64,000 bases of DNA from Eledone cirrhosa (GCA_964016885.1 OZ024747.1:54684001-54748000), one strand, 5' to 3'; shown: positions 43,186 to 58,653, numbered from the stretch's first letter. Notes: generated from the letters alone by a model not told the origin. Made by a program: numbers and translations.

Positions 43186-45408
43186 AACACCACAGCAACC
43201 ACCGCCAAGGTAACCTACCAGCAGCGCCTATACAACACCACAGCAACCACCGCCAAGGTAACCTACCAGCAGCGCCTATACAACATCACAGCAACCACCG
43301 CCAAGGTAACCCTATACAACACCACAGCAACCACCGCCAAGGTAACCTACCAGCAGCACCTATGCAACACACAGCAACCACCGCCAAGGTAACCTACCAG
43401 AAGCGCCTATGCAACACACAGCAACCACCGCCAAGGTAACCTACCAGCAGCGCCTATACAACATCACAGCAACCACCGCCAAGGTAACCTACCAGCAGCG
43501 CCTATACAACACCACAGCAACCACCGCCAAGGTAACCTACCAGAAGCGCCTATGCAACACACAGCAACCACCGCCAAGGTAACCTACCAGAAGCGCCTAT
43601 GCAACACACAGCAACCACCGCCAAGGTAACCTACCAGCAGCGCCTATACAACATCACAGCAACCAACGCCAAGGTAACCTACCAGCAGCGCCTATGCAAC
43701 ACACAGCAACCACCGCCAAGCTAACATACCAGCAGCGCCTATACAACACCACAGCAACCACCGCCAAGGTAACCCTATACAACACCACAGCAACCACCGC
43801 CAAGGTAACCTACCAGAAGCGCCTATACAACACCACAGCAACCACCGCCAAGGTAACCCTATACAACACCACAGCAACCACCGCCAAGGTAACCTACCAG
43901 CAGCGCCTATACAACACCGCAGCAACCACCGCCAAGGTAACCTACCAGAAGCGCCTATGCAACACACAGCAACCACCGCCAAGGTAACCTACCAGAAGCG
44001 CTTATGCAACACACAGCAACCACCGCCAAGGTAACCTACCAGCAGCGCCTATACAACATCACAGCAACCACCGCCAAGGTAACCTACCAGCAGCGCCTAT
44101 GCAACACACAGCAACCACCGCCAAGCTAACATACCAGCAGCGCCTATACAACACCACAGCAACCACCGCCAAGGTAACCCTATACAACACCACAGCAACC
44201 ACCGCCAAGGTAACCTACCACAAGCGCCTATACAACACCACAGCAACCACCGCCAAGGTAACCCTATACAACACCACAGCAACCACCGCCAAGGTAACCT
44301 ACCAGAAGCGCCTATACAACACCACAGCAACCTCCGCCAAGGTAACCTACCAGCAGCGTCTATACAACACCACAGCAACCACCGCCAAGGTAACCCTATA
44401 CAACACCACAGCAACCACCGCCAAGGTAACCTACCAGAAGCGCCTATACAACACCACAGCAACCACCGCCAAGGTAACCCTATACAACACCACAGCAACC
44501 ACCGCCAAGGTAACCTACCAGAAGCGCCTATACAACACCACAGCAACCACCGCCAAGGTAACCTACCAGAAGCGCCTATACAACACCACAGCAACCACCG
44601 CCAAGGTAACCTACCAGAAGCGCCTATACAACACCACAGCAACCACCGCCAAGGTAACCTACCACAGCGCCTATACAACACCACAGCAACCACCGCCAAG
44701 GTAACCTACCAGCAGCGCCTATGCAACACACAGCAACCACCGCCAAGGTAACATACGAAGCAGCGCCTATACAACACCACAGCAACCACCGCCAAGGTAA
44801 CCCTATACAACACCACAGCAACCACCGCCAAGGTAACCTACCAGAAGCGCCTATACAACACCACAGCAACCACCGCCAAGGTAACCTTATACAACACCAC
44901 AGCAACCACCGCCAAGGTAACCTACCAGAAGCGCCTATGCAACACACAGCAACCACCGCCAAGGTAACCTACCAGCAGCGCCTATGCAACACACAGCAAC
45001 CACCGCCAAGCTAACATACCAGCAGCGCCTATACAACACCACAGCAACCACCGCCAAGGTAACCCTATACAACACCACAGCAACCACCGCCAAGGTAACC
45101 TACCAGAAGCGCCTATACAACACCACAGCAACCACCGCCAAGGTAACCTACCAGAAGCGCCTATACAACACCACAGCAACCACCGCCAAGGTAACCTACC
45201 AGCAGCGCCTATACAACATCACAGCAACCAACGCCAAGGTAACCTACCACAAGCGCCTATACAACACCACAGCAACCACCGCCAAGGTAACCTACCAGCA
45301 GCGCCTATTCAACACCACAGCAACCACCGCCAAGGTAACCTACCAGCAGCGCCTATACAACACCACAGCAACCACCGCCAAGGTAACCTACCAGCAGAGC
45401 CTATACAA
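43185..45408. repeat. 48/47/36-bp minisatellite array, ~2.2 kb
   Basis: Unit acaacaccacagcaaccaccgccaaggtaacctaccag(c/a)agcgcctat with a 36 bp deletion variant and a 47 bp variant. Confidence 0.95.
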
Positions 45409-45847
45409 TTGCACCAGTAGATTAAAGAAGCGAAGCCAAGGAAGAAAGGGAAAAAACAAAACAAAGAAACAATAAAGAAAATAGGAACCCAAAAACAAAT
45501 ATCCGGATTGAAGTTATAAGCTGTTATCTTCCTCTAGAAGATTTGATCAGTGATGGATATGTCCTCACTGGCAATCACCGTGGAATGGATAGGTAGAGCC
45601 TTTATTAACCTAGTGTTTAACAATGCAGAAACACTTTCCCAAAAAATCATCTAAAGCCCCCGAGGTAGAGCTCATCTCTGTTTATTATCAGAGAATACAG
45701 GACAGAGAGAAGAGGGAGGAGGGGGGGGAGTGAATAGCTTTATTGTTGATTTCATTTTCTTCATATAATTTTTTTTCTCTAAGGTATCATTGACATGTTG
45801 TATGATGAAGTATGATGTAATAATCTATGAGGATCATCCTTACACAA

Positions 45848-45957
<110 letters not shown>

Positions 45958-46191
45958 GAGGTGGGGTGGGGTGGGGGTGGAGGTGTAGTGTGTTCATGTA
46001 ATGAACATTATTACAATATCAGCAGAAATGTGGATATTGATAAAAAGTAACATATGAGTAGCCACTTACATCTTGGTACCCAACCAGACACACGCACACC
46101 CAGTATATATACACCACCCCAAGTATATACACACACACACACACTATCACGCACACACAAACACACATATATATTTATATATATATATATA

Positions 46192-46252
<61 letters not shown>

Positions 46253-46264
46253 TATATATATATG

Positions 46265-46317
<53 letters not shown>

Positions 46318-46393
46318 CATATATGTACACATATATATATATATGTATATATATATGTATATATATATATATATAAATATATACATATATATT

Positions 46394-46424
<31 letters not shown>

Positions 46425-46449
46425 GAATGTATACATATATATATATATG

Positions 46450-46495
<46 letters not shown>

Positions 46496-46621
46496 ATATA
46501 TATATATATATGTATGTATTTATAATATACACAGAGAAATGTGAATGTACACGAACACCGAATTCACAAATATTCGAAGCGAAATTGATAGCTAAAGTGG
46601 AAATTGAAAGTGAAACTAGAA

Positions 46622-46687
<66 letters not shown>

Positions 46688-46863
46688 CAGTAGTAGTAGT
46701 AGCAGTGGTAGTAGTAACCTGGGATGTCTTAGTAATGATTTATTACTTAGTCAGGATTAACAGATAGAAAAGATATTCACTGAAAATTGATCCTTAGCTT
46801 TTCCCTGACTCATGCAACTTGCCAGTTTGTATTAACATACAAATATCTATACATACATACAAA

Positions 46864-46903
<40 letters not shown>

Positions 46904-46908
46904 TATAC

Positions 46909-46950
<42 letters not shown>

Positions 46951-46981
46951 ATGTATATATAAATATATATGTATGTATATT

Positions 46982-47020
<39 letters not shown>

Positions 47021-47175
47021 ATATATTATATTATATATACGTATTTGTATATATACATATATATGTATATATATATATAAATATATATAATCTTACATAT
47101 GTATATATATATGTATATAAATATATATATATATGTATATATATATATTTATATATATATATATTTACATATATG

Positions 47176-47220
<45 letters not shown>

Positions 47221-47655
47221 ATATATATACATATACGCATATGTATATATATATATATATATATACATATACGCATATGTATATATATATATATATATAT
47301 ACATATACGCATATGTATATATTTATTATTTCTATTCGAATACCGTCTTTCATATATGCCACCTCTTATCTTTTTTTATCTCAATGTCTGCGTCTTCACC
47401 ATTTTAAAAGAATTTCTTTATTAATGGTATAGGCGTATTTGGATTTACAGAATCGTTCGAACGTTAGATAAATTCTTCATGTAATATTTTTCTACCGATC
47501 GTTATGTTCTGATTTCAAACCTTTCACATATTTTCCCTTTCATCCATACACACGCAGACATTCACATAAATACACGCGTGCGCGCATATCTGATTACCCT
47601 GTGATAAACAGACGAAACTCTAGACTAAGAAGACTCACTTTTTAGCCTGAATAAT

Positions 47656-47697
<42 letters not shown>

Positions 47698-47884
47698 TTC
47701 GGCAGGCTTTTGCAATCTCAACCTACGAAATTTCACTCGCTGCCTTACTTAAATCGAAACCACGGATTTTGTTTAGTAAACACCTTAATGAAAAGTCACG
47801 CCGGTATAGAAATATATCTGCAAATATCAGTTTTAGTTTGCTCTTTGAAACGAAAGAATGGTATTTAACTAATGTAATGGTACG

Positions 47885-48069
47885 CGATGGGGCCCACCCA
47901 CAGCCCCGGCGGACAGAATGGAGAAGGCGTTTCGCCTGAGGACGGCAAGGGAGATGCGCTGGAAAAGCCACTCCAACTCGCGGGGCTCACACCTACGGCT
48001 GGCCAGCTCAGCGCCTATGGTGGTGAGTAAGGAGGTAGCCCTGGGGCCGAGGACACCAGAAGTTTCGGC
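47885..48069 (-). pseudogene. 3' fragment of a restriction-like-endonuclease (CRE-like) non-LTR retrotransposon
   Basis: AETSGVLGPRATSLLTTIGAELASRRCEPRELEWLFQRISLAVLRRNAFSILSAG fits the ET.G..G...QR.S.A..RGNA..I C-terminal pattern; GC-rich relative to the flanks. Confidence 0.7.
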
Positions 48070-48437
48070 CTGCCTTAGCTTGCAAAATTTCAAGATTTAA
48101 ACGAATTGTCAATGAGAAACAGAAATATCCGACACAAACAGTCTGTTAATAAGAGACTCATTCACAATTTAATAATCAAAATTTCAAACGTGAAAGAGAT
48201 TATCAAAAGTATGGCCGTCCTAAAGAAAACAGCAAAAAAAACGCAACAACCTGCAATGTTTATTATTGTGTGTCATTACTTGAAAAATCATTAGAAAATC
48301 GAATAAATGCTTTGAAATCTTTTCGAGGTCATCATTGTCCATCTATATAAAATAAATCACCAATAATATGCTGGGGTCTATATGATTGAATTTCCCTTTC
48401 CACAAATTTCTGTTCTTACGGGGAAATCAATATTTTA

Positions 48438-49148
48438 TAGAATCGGTAGACCGTTGGACAATGTTCAAGTTTACATTCTAACGGCAGTTTATGTTCTAGG
48501 TTCAAATCCCGCAGAGGTCAATTTTTACATTTCATTTTTCCGGTGTAGATAAAATCCGGCACTTCTCAAATATTTGAATCGATGTAATTGATTTTCCAAT
48601 CCCGTTAAATTTGTGACCATGTGGTTAATTTTAAAACAATTATTCTACCCCAAAATATACCTTAATATGATTTAGGAACACGAGGGTGCTTTTGCAGCTT
48701 AGAGTTACGTTCTTTTACGTGGTGATTTCAAATCCCGTCGATAAAATCCCGTCGATAAAATCAAGTACCAGTAACGAACTGTGGGCCGATTTAATCGACT
48801 TTCCCTTCTCCAAAAATTGTTGGCCTTGTGCCTAAATCAGAAACCTTTATTTACAAACCAGGTCTTATTAATTTGAATATTACTGACATTGTCTTAATAG
48901 TGTTGATGTTGTTGTTGTTGTTGATGGAAGAAATAACTATCGTTATTCTATTATCAACATTATGAACGGAGGATTGGCAGTATCGGTAGAGGGTCGGACG
49001 CCATGCTTTCTAGCATAGTTACGTCCCTTTACGATCTGAGTTCAAATCCCGCCGAGGTTGACTTTGCCTTTCATCCTTACGGAGTCGATAAAATAAAGTA
49101 CCAGTAATACACTGGTTAATTGCTGGCCTTGTGCCTAAAGTAGAAACA
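48438..49148 (+). mobile_element. Three SINE family A copies (48438-48643 degenerate, 48685-48846 rearranged, 48967-49148 well preserved)
   Basis: B-box and core motifs in each copy; the last matches the consensus closely. Confidence 0.85.
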
Positions 49149-49475
49149 GATATTCTATTATCAACATCATCACAATCGATCATCATCATCATCATCATCA
49201 GCGATGTAGTCCATGAAGTTCACTTCTATCAAGATCTACGTCATTATCATTAACACAACCAAAACCACAAAAGCCACCACCGCCAACACCACAACAACCA
49301 CCACAACAACCACCATCGACATCATCATCATAAATCGTTATCATAATTAAGGAAATCAAGTGTATTTATAAAATATATCTTATAAATCAATAAGTAACTA
49401 ACAATGAGTGTCTGGCTGTATAGAAAGAAAAAAATGTTGCAAGAGAGAAAGTTAGGTATAAATAATAGTGGGTTC

Positions 49476-49507
<32 letters not shown>

Positions 49508-49631
49508 ATATATGTATATATATGTATATATATATAAATATATATATATGCATGTATATATATATGTATGTATATATATATATATATATGTTTATATATA
49601 TGTATGTATGTATATATATATATATATATAT

Positions 49632-49790
49632 AACGAAGGAGGTGTGGTAAGGAACCAGATGGACCATAACGCACCAGAGTACTCAATAGTTAGGGTAGCA
49701 GAGTGGGTAATAGGAAAATTTGTTAACCCCGATGGCAGAACACGGGCCGTCGAAACGGCTTGAGCTCTGCCGTCTGGGTTAAACATTTTC
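49632..49790 (-). mobile_element. Fold-back element family B (copy 3)
   Basis: Reverse-complement tail (aaggaaccagatggaccataacg...gggtaatagg) and a hairpin at 49714-49790 with a CGAA loop; (TA)n on both sides. Confidence 0.75.
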
Positions 49791-49819
49791 ATATATATAT
49801 ATATATATATATATGTGTG

Positions 49820-49860
<41 letters not shown>

Positions 49861-50317
49861 ATGTATGCAGGATGTAAGGAAGCCTGATGGGACAGAGAAC
49901 AGTGAGAGGGGGAAATAGAGCTTGATATACAGGTGATTGTGATAGAGTTGGTGGATTTGGGGTAGGGTGTGTGGCGGGGGGTGGGGTGGGGGGGTGGGGG
50001 TGGGGTAGGGGGGGGGGGCTAGTTTAACTGAAGAAACGTGAGAACATCCATAGATTATTTTTTCTGAATAATGGCGGAGTTGAAATTAAACTAAAGAGGA
50101 AGAGCCTCATTAAGCAAATTAATTAAGGGGAGCTTGAGTATTTTCCATACGCTACCGGATACAAGGTTTCATTATTCACCTGGCGGCCCTCCATCCATGC
50201 CCATCTTCCCACTAGCTTCCAACCATCCCTCTCTCTCTCTCTTCATTTCCTTCACTCAACCACCAGTCTCTCTGCTTTTCACATATGAATATATAAGTAC
50301 ATCTATATTTATTGTAT

Positions 50318-50361
<44 letters not shown>

Positions 50362-50399
50362 TCTCTCTCCCCCCTCTCTCTCTCTGTCTCTCTCTCTTT

Positions 50400-50452
<53 letters not shown>

Positions 50453-50459
50453 TATGTAC

Positions 50460-50491
<32 letters not shown>

Positions 50492-50749
50492 GTGTATGTG
50501 TGTGTGTGTGTGCGTGTGTGTGTGTGTGTGCTTGTAGGTCTGAATATGGTTTTGTTTGTTGTAGCATAATGTGACTAGTCTCTACATGTTCAACTATATT
50601 GGGAATAATATCTGATCAGCCTGTCTGCTTCTTCTGTACTTTAATTATAAAGAGGTTACCGACATACTAAGCATCAGAGGCTGTGCGCTATCATTTTTGT
50701 ACAACACACATGTATCTGTATATTTATCTATCTAACGATCTATCTGTAT

Positions 50750-50841
50750 ACACGGTGTCCCCTGAAAATATATACAAACTTGGATTAACTGTACATGCAA
50801 TATTTAAAAGCAGTTGAAATATGTATAAAGTTTTTGGGACA

Positions 50842-50843
<2 letters not shown>
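50750..50843. mobile_element. Possible tiny Tc1/mariner-derived MITE
   Basis: ta-cacggtgtccc ... gggacactg-ta imperfect terminal inverted repeats with TA flanks. Confidence 0.4.
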
Positions 50844-50887
<44 letters not shown>

Positions 50888-50890
<3 letters not shown>

Positions 50891-51010
50891 GAAGTTATAT
50901 TTAATTTGTTGGGATATTATATTATATTTCATCTCATGAAAGCGCACCATAATTTGCTTTGGTGTCCTTGAAATATGTATAATGAAATAAATATGGTTTT
51001 ATAAATATAG

Positions 51011-51069
<59 letters not shown>

Positions 51070-51190
51070 GAAGTTATATTTAATTTGTTGGGATATTATA
51101 TTATATTTCATCTCATGAGAGCGCACCATAATTTGCTTTGGTGTCCTTGAAATATGTATAATGAAATAAATATGGTTTTATAAATATAAT
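50888..51190 (+). mobile_element. Tandem duplicated Penelope-like terminus with core-mutated hammerhead motifs (50925-50989, 51104-51168)
   Basis: tatttcat-CTCATGA-(a/g)agcgcacca/tggtgtcctt-GAAA-tatgta-TA-atgaaata occurs twice, separated by (TA)n. The upstream gtagaagttatatttaatttgttggga is the reverse complement of the family 3' end seen at ~18665-18690. Confidence 0.75.
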
Positions 51191-51195
51191 TATAG

Positions 51196-51282
<87 letters not shown>

Positions 51283-51284
51283 AA

Positions 51285-51574
51285 TAATGGAGCTGCGGCG
51301 CTGCAAATGGGTTACATATGAAAAAGTTTGTCATCATCGGTGGCCTTCCAACCGTCGTAGGCATTTCGTCGCATTAAAGGCCATATACCTCAGGTTGGTG
51401 CGAGCAACGGCTAAAAAAAGTCGTTGGGACACGTAAATAAAGGGGTCGCTAGGGTAAACAGACAAAATGGTTTAAGCAGCAGAAAGTGATGAAGAAGAAA
51501 CAAGTCCCAGATGTCTATGAATATAAATTCGGTGGAATCGTGAACGAGAGAATAAAGACCATCAAACCTGGTTG

Positions 51575-51578
<4 letters not shown>
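51285..51578 (-). mobile_element. Copy of the 9783-10650 element family
   Basis: Reverse complement of tcccaacgactttttttagccgttgctcgcaccaacc and ccaggtttg.tggtctttattctct...gttcacgattccaccgaattta; (TA)n on both sides. Confidence 0.75.
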
Positions 51579-51667
<89 letters not shown>

Positions 51668-52461
51668 AGTGTGTATGTGTGTGTGTGTTCAGGGTGGCGG
51701 TAACGTCACACACTTCCCTATACGTCAACTCTTACAGATTTATTTTAATTTTTATTTTATTTACAGCAAAGTGTTATTTTACAGGTGGGTGACTTGTCTG
51801 ACAAGACCAAGCCCTTGAACTAAAGCAAGTGTTATGTATATTTTCAACTGAGAGGACTGGAGTAATGCGAAATAATGTGTCCCACACTTTGAATCCATCT
51901 CACTCCCATGCTTCGAACCCAGTAAACACTAACCCACGCACATTCACAATCCTTGCACATAAACAAACAAGAATGTAATAAAAAGTAAATGTCTGTAAAG
52001 AGACAAGTGCTGTAACAGCACTGATGATGTTAGAGTGTCAGATTTGTAGCATTTACAATATTACATTTATACCGTAAAAAAAAAACTACAATTAAAGAGA
52101 CGTACAATTCGCCATTCGGTTTGTCTGACCTACGAGACAAGTTATGCATGGTTTCGTTCAAAGAGTGGAGACAACATGGAGATTTCTTGGAGGGAAAATT
52201 AGTTTTGCTGTGTTAGTTAGCCGAATGATTTACACAGACATTCCATCGCTGGCTAATGTTCTCCGCAGGGTTGGTACATACAAGAACTATTAGACCCTGC
52301 ATTAAAAGGTATTTAAAGAATAAAAAAATAAGGGAAATAATTGTAAAAAGAAATTATAAAGGATTTGTTGTAAAAATATTATATGGTGACACTAAAACAT
52401 CTTGTTGCCAGCAGGTCATAGATATATACACACACACACACACACACACAAATACACACAA

Positions 52462-52546
<85 letters not shown>

Positions 52547-52563
52547 CACACACACACACACAA

Positions 52564-52611
<48 letters not shown>

Positions 52612-52733
52612 ACAAAAACACACATACACACATCGACACAAAAACACACATGTGTATAGATTGAAAATATATTCTAAATATATTTATATATATATATATA
52701 TATATACGAGAGCGAGAGAGAAAGAGAAAGAGA

Positions 52734-52794
<61 letters not shown>

Positions 52795-53173
52795 TGAGAG
52801 AGAGAGAGAAAGACAACGAGAGTGAGACAGAGACAGAAAGAAGGAAAGTCTTAGAGAGAGAGGCACATAGAGAGATATATAGATATATAGATAGTTATAG
52901 ATATAAAAACTGTAAAAAAATTATATGACTGTGTCCTGCGTGCTTTGCAATATTAGCATTAGACCTTACAAGATTTATATCTCCTCTGCCAGCATTGATT
53001 GTTATTACCATGCAGTGCATTTGTTGTTGTACTTCATTGTCTTTCTCTTCTTGTACATGTTGTTGTTGTTGATGCAGACAAGATTTGATGACGATAATCT
53101 TTCATTTGGCTTGTTGATTGATATTGTTGTTATTTGCTACAGCAAAAACAACAACAACAACTACTACTACTAT

Positions 53174-53257
<84 letters not shown>

Positions 53258-53321
53258 AAATGTTTGTTGTTGATGCAGAAGAAGTTAGAGGCCGATAATG
53301 TTTCAATCGGTTTGTTGTGTG

Positions 53322-53460
<139 letters not shown>

Positions 53461-53924
53461 ATACATATATAGAGAGAGAGATACATACATATACATACAC
53501 TCACACACACACACATATATATATAAAGGGAGGGGGTTGTAATTGTTATAATGTTTGTAGATGTCCAAAGGTAATATCTAAACCAAAGTGCTGTGCTTTC
53601 ATTACTTCATATTTATGTTGGCTGTAGTAGTTTCTGAATGTTGTTGTCGTCGTTGCCGTTGTTGATGTTGTTATCTTTGTTGTTCCTTCTGATTTTTGTT
53701 TTAATGAGAAAGAAAACAAAATCAGACACGAGTGAGATATATACTAAGAGTAATTGGTGAAACGGGAAAGTTGAAAGTGGTCTGTGTATGAGTGGATATG
53801 TGAGATGGATATATAATGGTTAAAATGTTGTGTAAAATACACACAGAGACTGAGAGAAAAGGAACAAGACGGTGGTTCAGCTGTGATACACAGAGAGAAA
53901 GACAGAGGAATAGTTCCCACTATA

Positions 53925-54130
53925 TATTGACACAGGGCCAGCAAAAATAATTGTGCGTGTCTCCGTGGGTGGAAGTTTACTATATCGACCACAGTATTTG
54001 AATGGCACAATGTGTTATCTGCACACAAAATGTGAAGTTGACCTCAGCGGAATTTGAATCCAGAAAGTAAAGAATCGTGACTAAATGTTTCAAATCATTT
54101 TATCCGATACCATAACGAATCTGCCAAGCT
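53925..54130 (-). mobile_element. SINE family A, old degenerate copy
   Basis: aagttgacctcagcggaatttgaatccag...tccgatac...ctgccaa. Confidence 0.6.
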
Positions 54131-55402
54131 ATTGCATCCAGTGTCAGCGAACCAGAAGTATGACAATGGCAATGTAAAAGATACATATATCCGACCAGCT
54201 ACTGAACAGCGTCTGTCAGCCCACTTGAGACTATCAAAATCTATGGTAAAATCTCTTGCTTAAGCTACAATTATCTGATCTCATGGTCATACTGAATATG
54301 TATTTACTTTATGTTAATACTTATCTCACACAGCTGAATATTTGAGATAATTATTTGTCATTTTATTGATTATTACATCCATCTTATTTAATAGATAGAA
54401 TTTCTGGGTGTCAGGTATCGCAGTCTGACTTCTGTAATGGTTCACATTTTCGAATTGAAAATCGAACTAAATCTCAAGTGTTAACCCTGTATTGATAACG
54501 TTTTCAGTGAATGTTACCTATTGATTAAATTATAATTTTAAATCCTAAACTCTAAATAAATTCACGTTTAGAGATAAGAACTTAGTGGTACATTTCACGT
54601 GCGGTTAGGCGCCTAGAGATTATTTTAACGTTGTTTTCTGCCATATTGTACTGAAGTCAATATTAGGCTTACTGATTGTCCTCCATCTTAGAATTATGTA
54701 AGTTACAATCATGCAATCGTTTTGTATATAGGAGACATTGAATGTTCATGGTTTTGTCGTTAGTGTGTTTGACTAACGATTATATTACCGTAATGTCAAT
54801 TCCTGATGACTTGCGTAGGCTTGAGCAATATACTATATTTCACTGTAATCCAGTTCATTTGGAAAAAAAAAAAACCATGCATAAAGCTGTAATTAACATG
54901 TCCAGGCAAGACACACATTGTGTCCTTCTGAATCTCCCTAAGAATTATTGAAAGGAGATACGTGTCTGTGGAATGCTCAGCCGTTTGCATGTTATAGTTA
55001 CGAGCTGGAATGTCCGTTCTCCAAACAACTGGGATATTCGGCGTTGGAATCGACGAAGGACCAACGGAGGACTACATTTTGTGGTTGTTCTAAAACCGAA
55101 AGTGCCTGATTTGAGATACAACAACCACAGCAAACTACCAGCATTAACACCGCCACACAATGACAAGAATAACAACCACAACTATAACAACAACAATGAC
55201 ATTAACAAGAACAACAGCAGTAACAGCAGCAAGAATGACGACATCAGCAACAGCAAGAACAACAACATCAGAATCAACAAAACATAAAAATGAAGACGAC
55301 GTAAACAATCACAATAACAGCAGCAGCAACAGCGGCAGCAGCTGATTTATAACAACATCATCACCATCATCATCATCATCATCATCGTATTCCTCCTCCT
55401 GC

Positions 55403-55442
<40 letters not shown>

Positions 55443-55499
55443 TGTCGTCGTCATGGTAGTCACCATGATGCTTATCATTGTCATTAACTTCATAATCCC

Positions 55500-55500
55500 G

Positions 55501-55569
<69 letters not shown>

Positions 55570-55607
55570 ATCTACTACTACTACTATTACATCTACTACT
55601 ACTACAT

Positions 55608-55665
<58 letters not shown>

Positions 55666-55703
55666 ATCTACTACTACTACTATTACATCTACTACTACTA
55701 CAT

Positions 55704-55781
<78 letters not shown>

Positions 55782-55782
55782 T
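55500..55782. repeat. (CTA)n microsatellite with periodic ATC interruptions
   Basis: Directly visible. Confidence 0.95.
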
Positions 55783-55832
55783 CTATCTATACTACCAACA
55801 GCACCAACACAACCACCTCCACTACCACCACC

Positions 55833-58160
55833 ATGTCCAAGAACTTTATCACAAGCTCCACCGCCTCAACGAATATTACTAATTCCAATGTAAGTGTCAC
55901 TACAACCATCAACAACAACAACGATACAGACCCCAGCACAACCATCACCACCATCACGACCGAAGGGATCACATTCACCATCAGATCTACCACAAGCCGC
56001 TCAACCACCACTACTATCATCACCACCGCAATCACATTCACCCCCACCACCACCAACACTACCACCACCACTGCCATCACCACTGCCACCACCACTGCCA
56101 CAGCCACTACCACTATAATCATCACCACCGCAATCACATTCACCACCACCACCACAAACACTACCACCACCACTGCCACCACCACTGCCACCACCACTGC
56201 CACAGCCACTACCACTATAATCATCACCACCGCAATCACATTCACCCCCACCACCACCAACACTACCACCACCACTGCCACCACCACTGCCACCACCACT
56301 GCCACAGCCACTACCACTACTATCATCACCACCGCAATCACATTCACCACCACCACCACCAACACTACCACCACCACTGCCACCACCACTGCCACCACCA
56401 CCACCAACACTACCACTACTATCATCACCACCGCAATCACATTCACCACCACCACCGCCACAACCACTACCACCACCACTGCCACAACCGCTACCACTAC
56501 TATCACCACCACCACAATCACATTCACCACCACCAACAACACCACCACTACCACCACCACTGCCACAACCGCTACCACTACTATCACCACCACCACAATC
56601 ACATTCACCACCACCAACAACACCACCACTACCACCACCACCGCCACAACCACTACCACTACTATCACCACCACCAAAATCACATTCATCACAACCACTA
56701 CCACTACTATCATCACCACCGCAATCACATTCCCCACCGCCACCAACACCACCACTACCACCACCGCTGCCACCACGATTACCATTACAAGTAAAACTAT
56801 CACTAAGACCACCACTACCACCACCACCGCCACCTCCACCAACACCACCACTACCACCACCAATGCCACAACCACTACCACTACCGCCACTACCATCACC
56901 TATACCACCACCACCATAACCTATGCCGCCATCACTACCACCAAGACCACTACCACCACCGCCACTACCATCACCTATACCATCACCATAACCTATACCA
57001 CCATCACTACCACCACGACCACTACCACCACCGCCACAAGTATCACCTATACCACAACCACCATCACTACCACCACCACGACCGCCAGCGCCACCACTAC
57101 CATCACCTATACCACTACCACCGCCACTACCATCACCACTAGCACCACCACCATCACCTATACCACCATCACTACCACCACGACCACTACCACCACCGCC
57201 ACTACCATCACCACCACCATAACCTATACCACCATCACTACCGCCACGACCACTACCACCACCGCCACCACCACCACCACCACCATCACCTATACCACCA
57301 TCACTACCACCACGACCACTACCACCACCGCCACCACCACCACCGCCACCATCACCTATACCACCATCACTACCACCACGACCACTACCACCACCGCCAC
57401 CACCACCACCACCACCATCACCTATACCACCATCACTACCACCACGACCACTACCACCACCGCCACCACCACCACCACCACCATCACCTATACCACCATC
57501 ACTACCACCACGACCACTACCACCACCGCCACCACCACCACCACCACCATCACCTATACCACCATCACTACCACCACGACCACTACCACCACCGCCACCA
57601 CCACCACCACCACCATCACCTATACCACCATCACTACCACCACGACCACTACCACCACCGCCACCACCACCACCACCACCATCACCTATACCACCATCAC
57701 TACCACCACGACCACTACCACCACCGCTACCACCACCACCACCACCATCACCTATACCACCATCACTACCACCACGACCACTACCACCACCGCCACCACC
57801 ACCACCACCACCATCACCTATACCACCATCACTACCACCACGACCACTACCACCACCGCCACTACCATCACCACCACCATAACCTATACCACCATCACTA
57901 CCACCACGACCACTACCACCACCGCCACCACCACCACCACCACCATCACCTATACCACCATCACTACCACCACGACCACTACCACCATCGCCACCACCAC
58001 CACCACCACCATCACCTATACCACCATCACTACCACCACGACCACTACCACCACCACCACTACCATCACCACCACCATAACCTATACCACCATCACTACC
58101 ACCACGACCACTACCACCACCACCACTACCATCACCACTACCACCCCCACCCTCACTACC
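55833..58160 (+). repeat. ACC-based cryptic trinucleotide minisatellite (66 bp units in the 3' half) forming an 841-aa Thr-rich ORF
   Basis: Unit accatcacctataccaccatcactaccaccacgaccactaccaccaccgccaccaccacc...; coding status is not supported. Confidence 0.85.
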
Positions 58161-58400
58161 ATATGTAAAATACCCATAATCACAACATTAACAATAAACA
58201 ACAGAAAAGAACCAAATTTTATATATTGTATAATTGATTTTTTATTGATTGTAGTTTACTTCTTTAGTTACACGTCATTTAGACAGCATAAAATATTAGT
58301 AAACATACATGTGTACATATATATATATATACATAAGTATATAAGTACATATATATAAATATACATAAGTATATAAGTACATACATATACAGATACATAC

Positions 58401-58467
<67 letters not shown>

Positions 58468-58653
58468 TACATATGTATACATGCATTCATATATACATAA
58501 GTACATAAGTACATATATATAAACATATACATACCTACATATAGAGATACATAGATTCTTATATTTATATATATATATATATATATATTTATACATACAT
58601 ATATACATATGTATACATGCATACATATATATAGAGAGAGACATATATGTATG

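Noticed and set aside
43185-45408. CRISPR-like array
   Set aside because: No unique spacers; the whole unit repeats, there are no cas genes, and the context is eukaryotic.
54973-55120. VTSWNVRS motif resembling a LINE AP-endonuclease N-terminus
   Set aside because: A single short motif; no downstream endonuclease motifs are recognisable.
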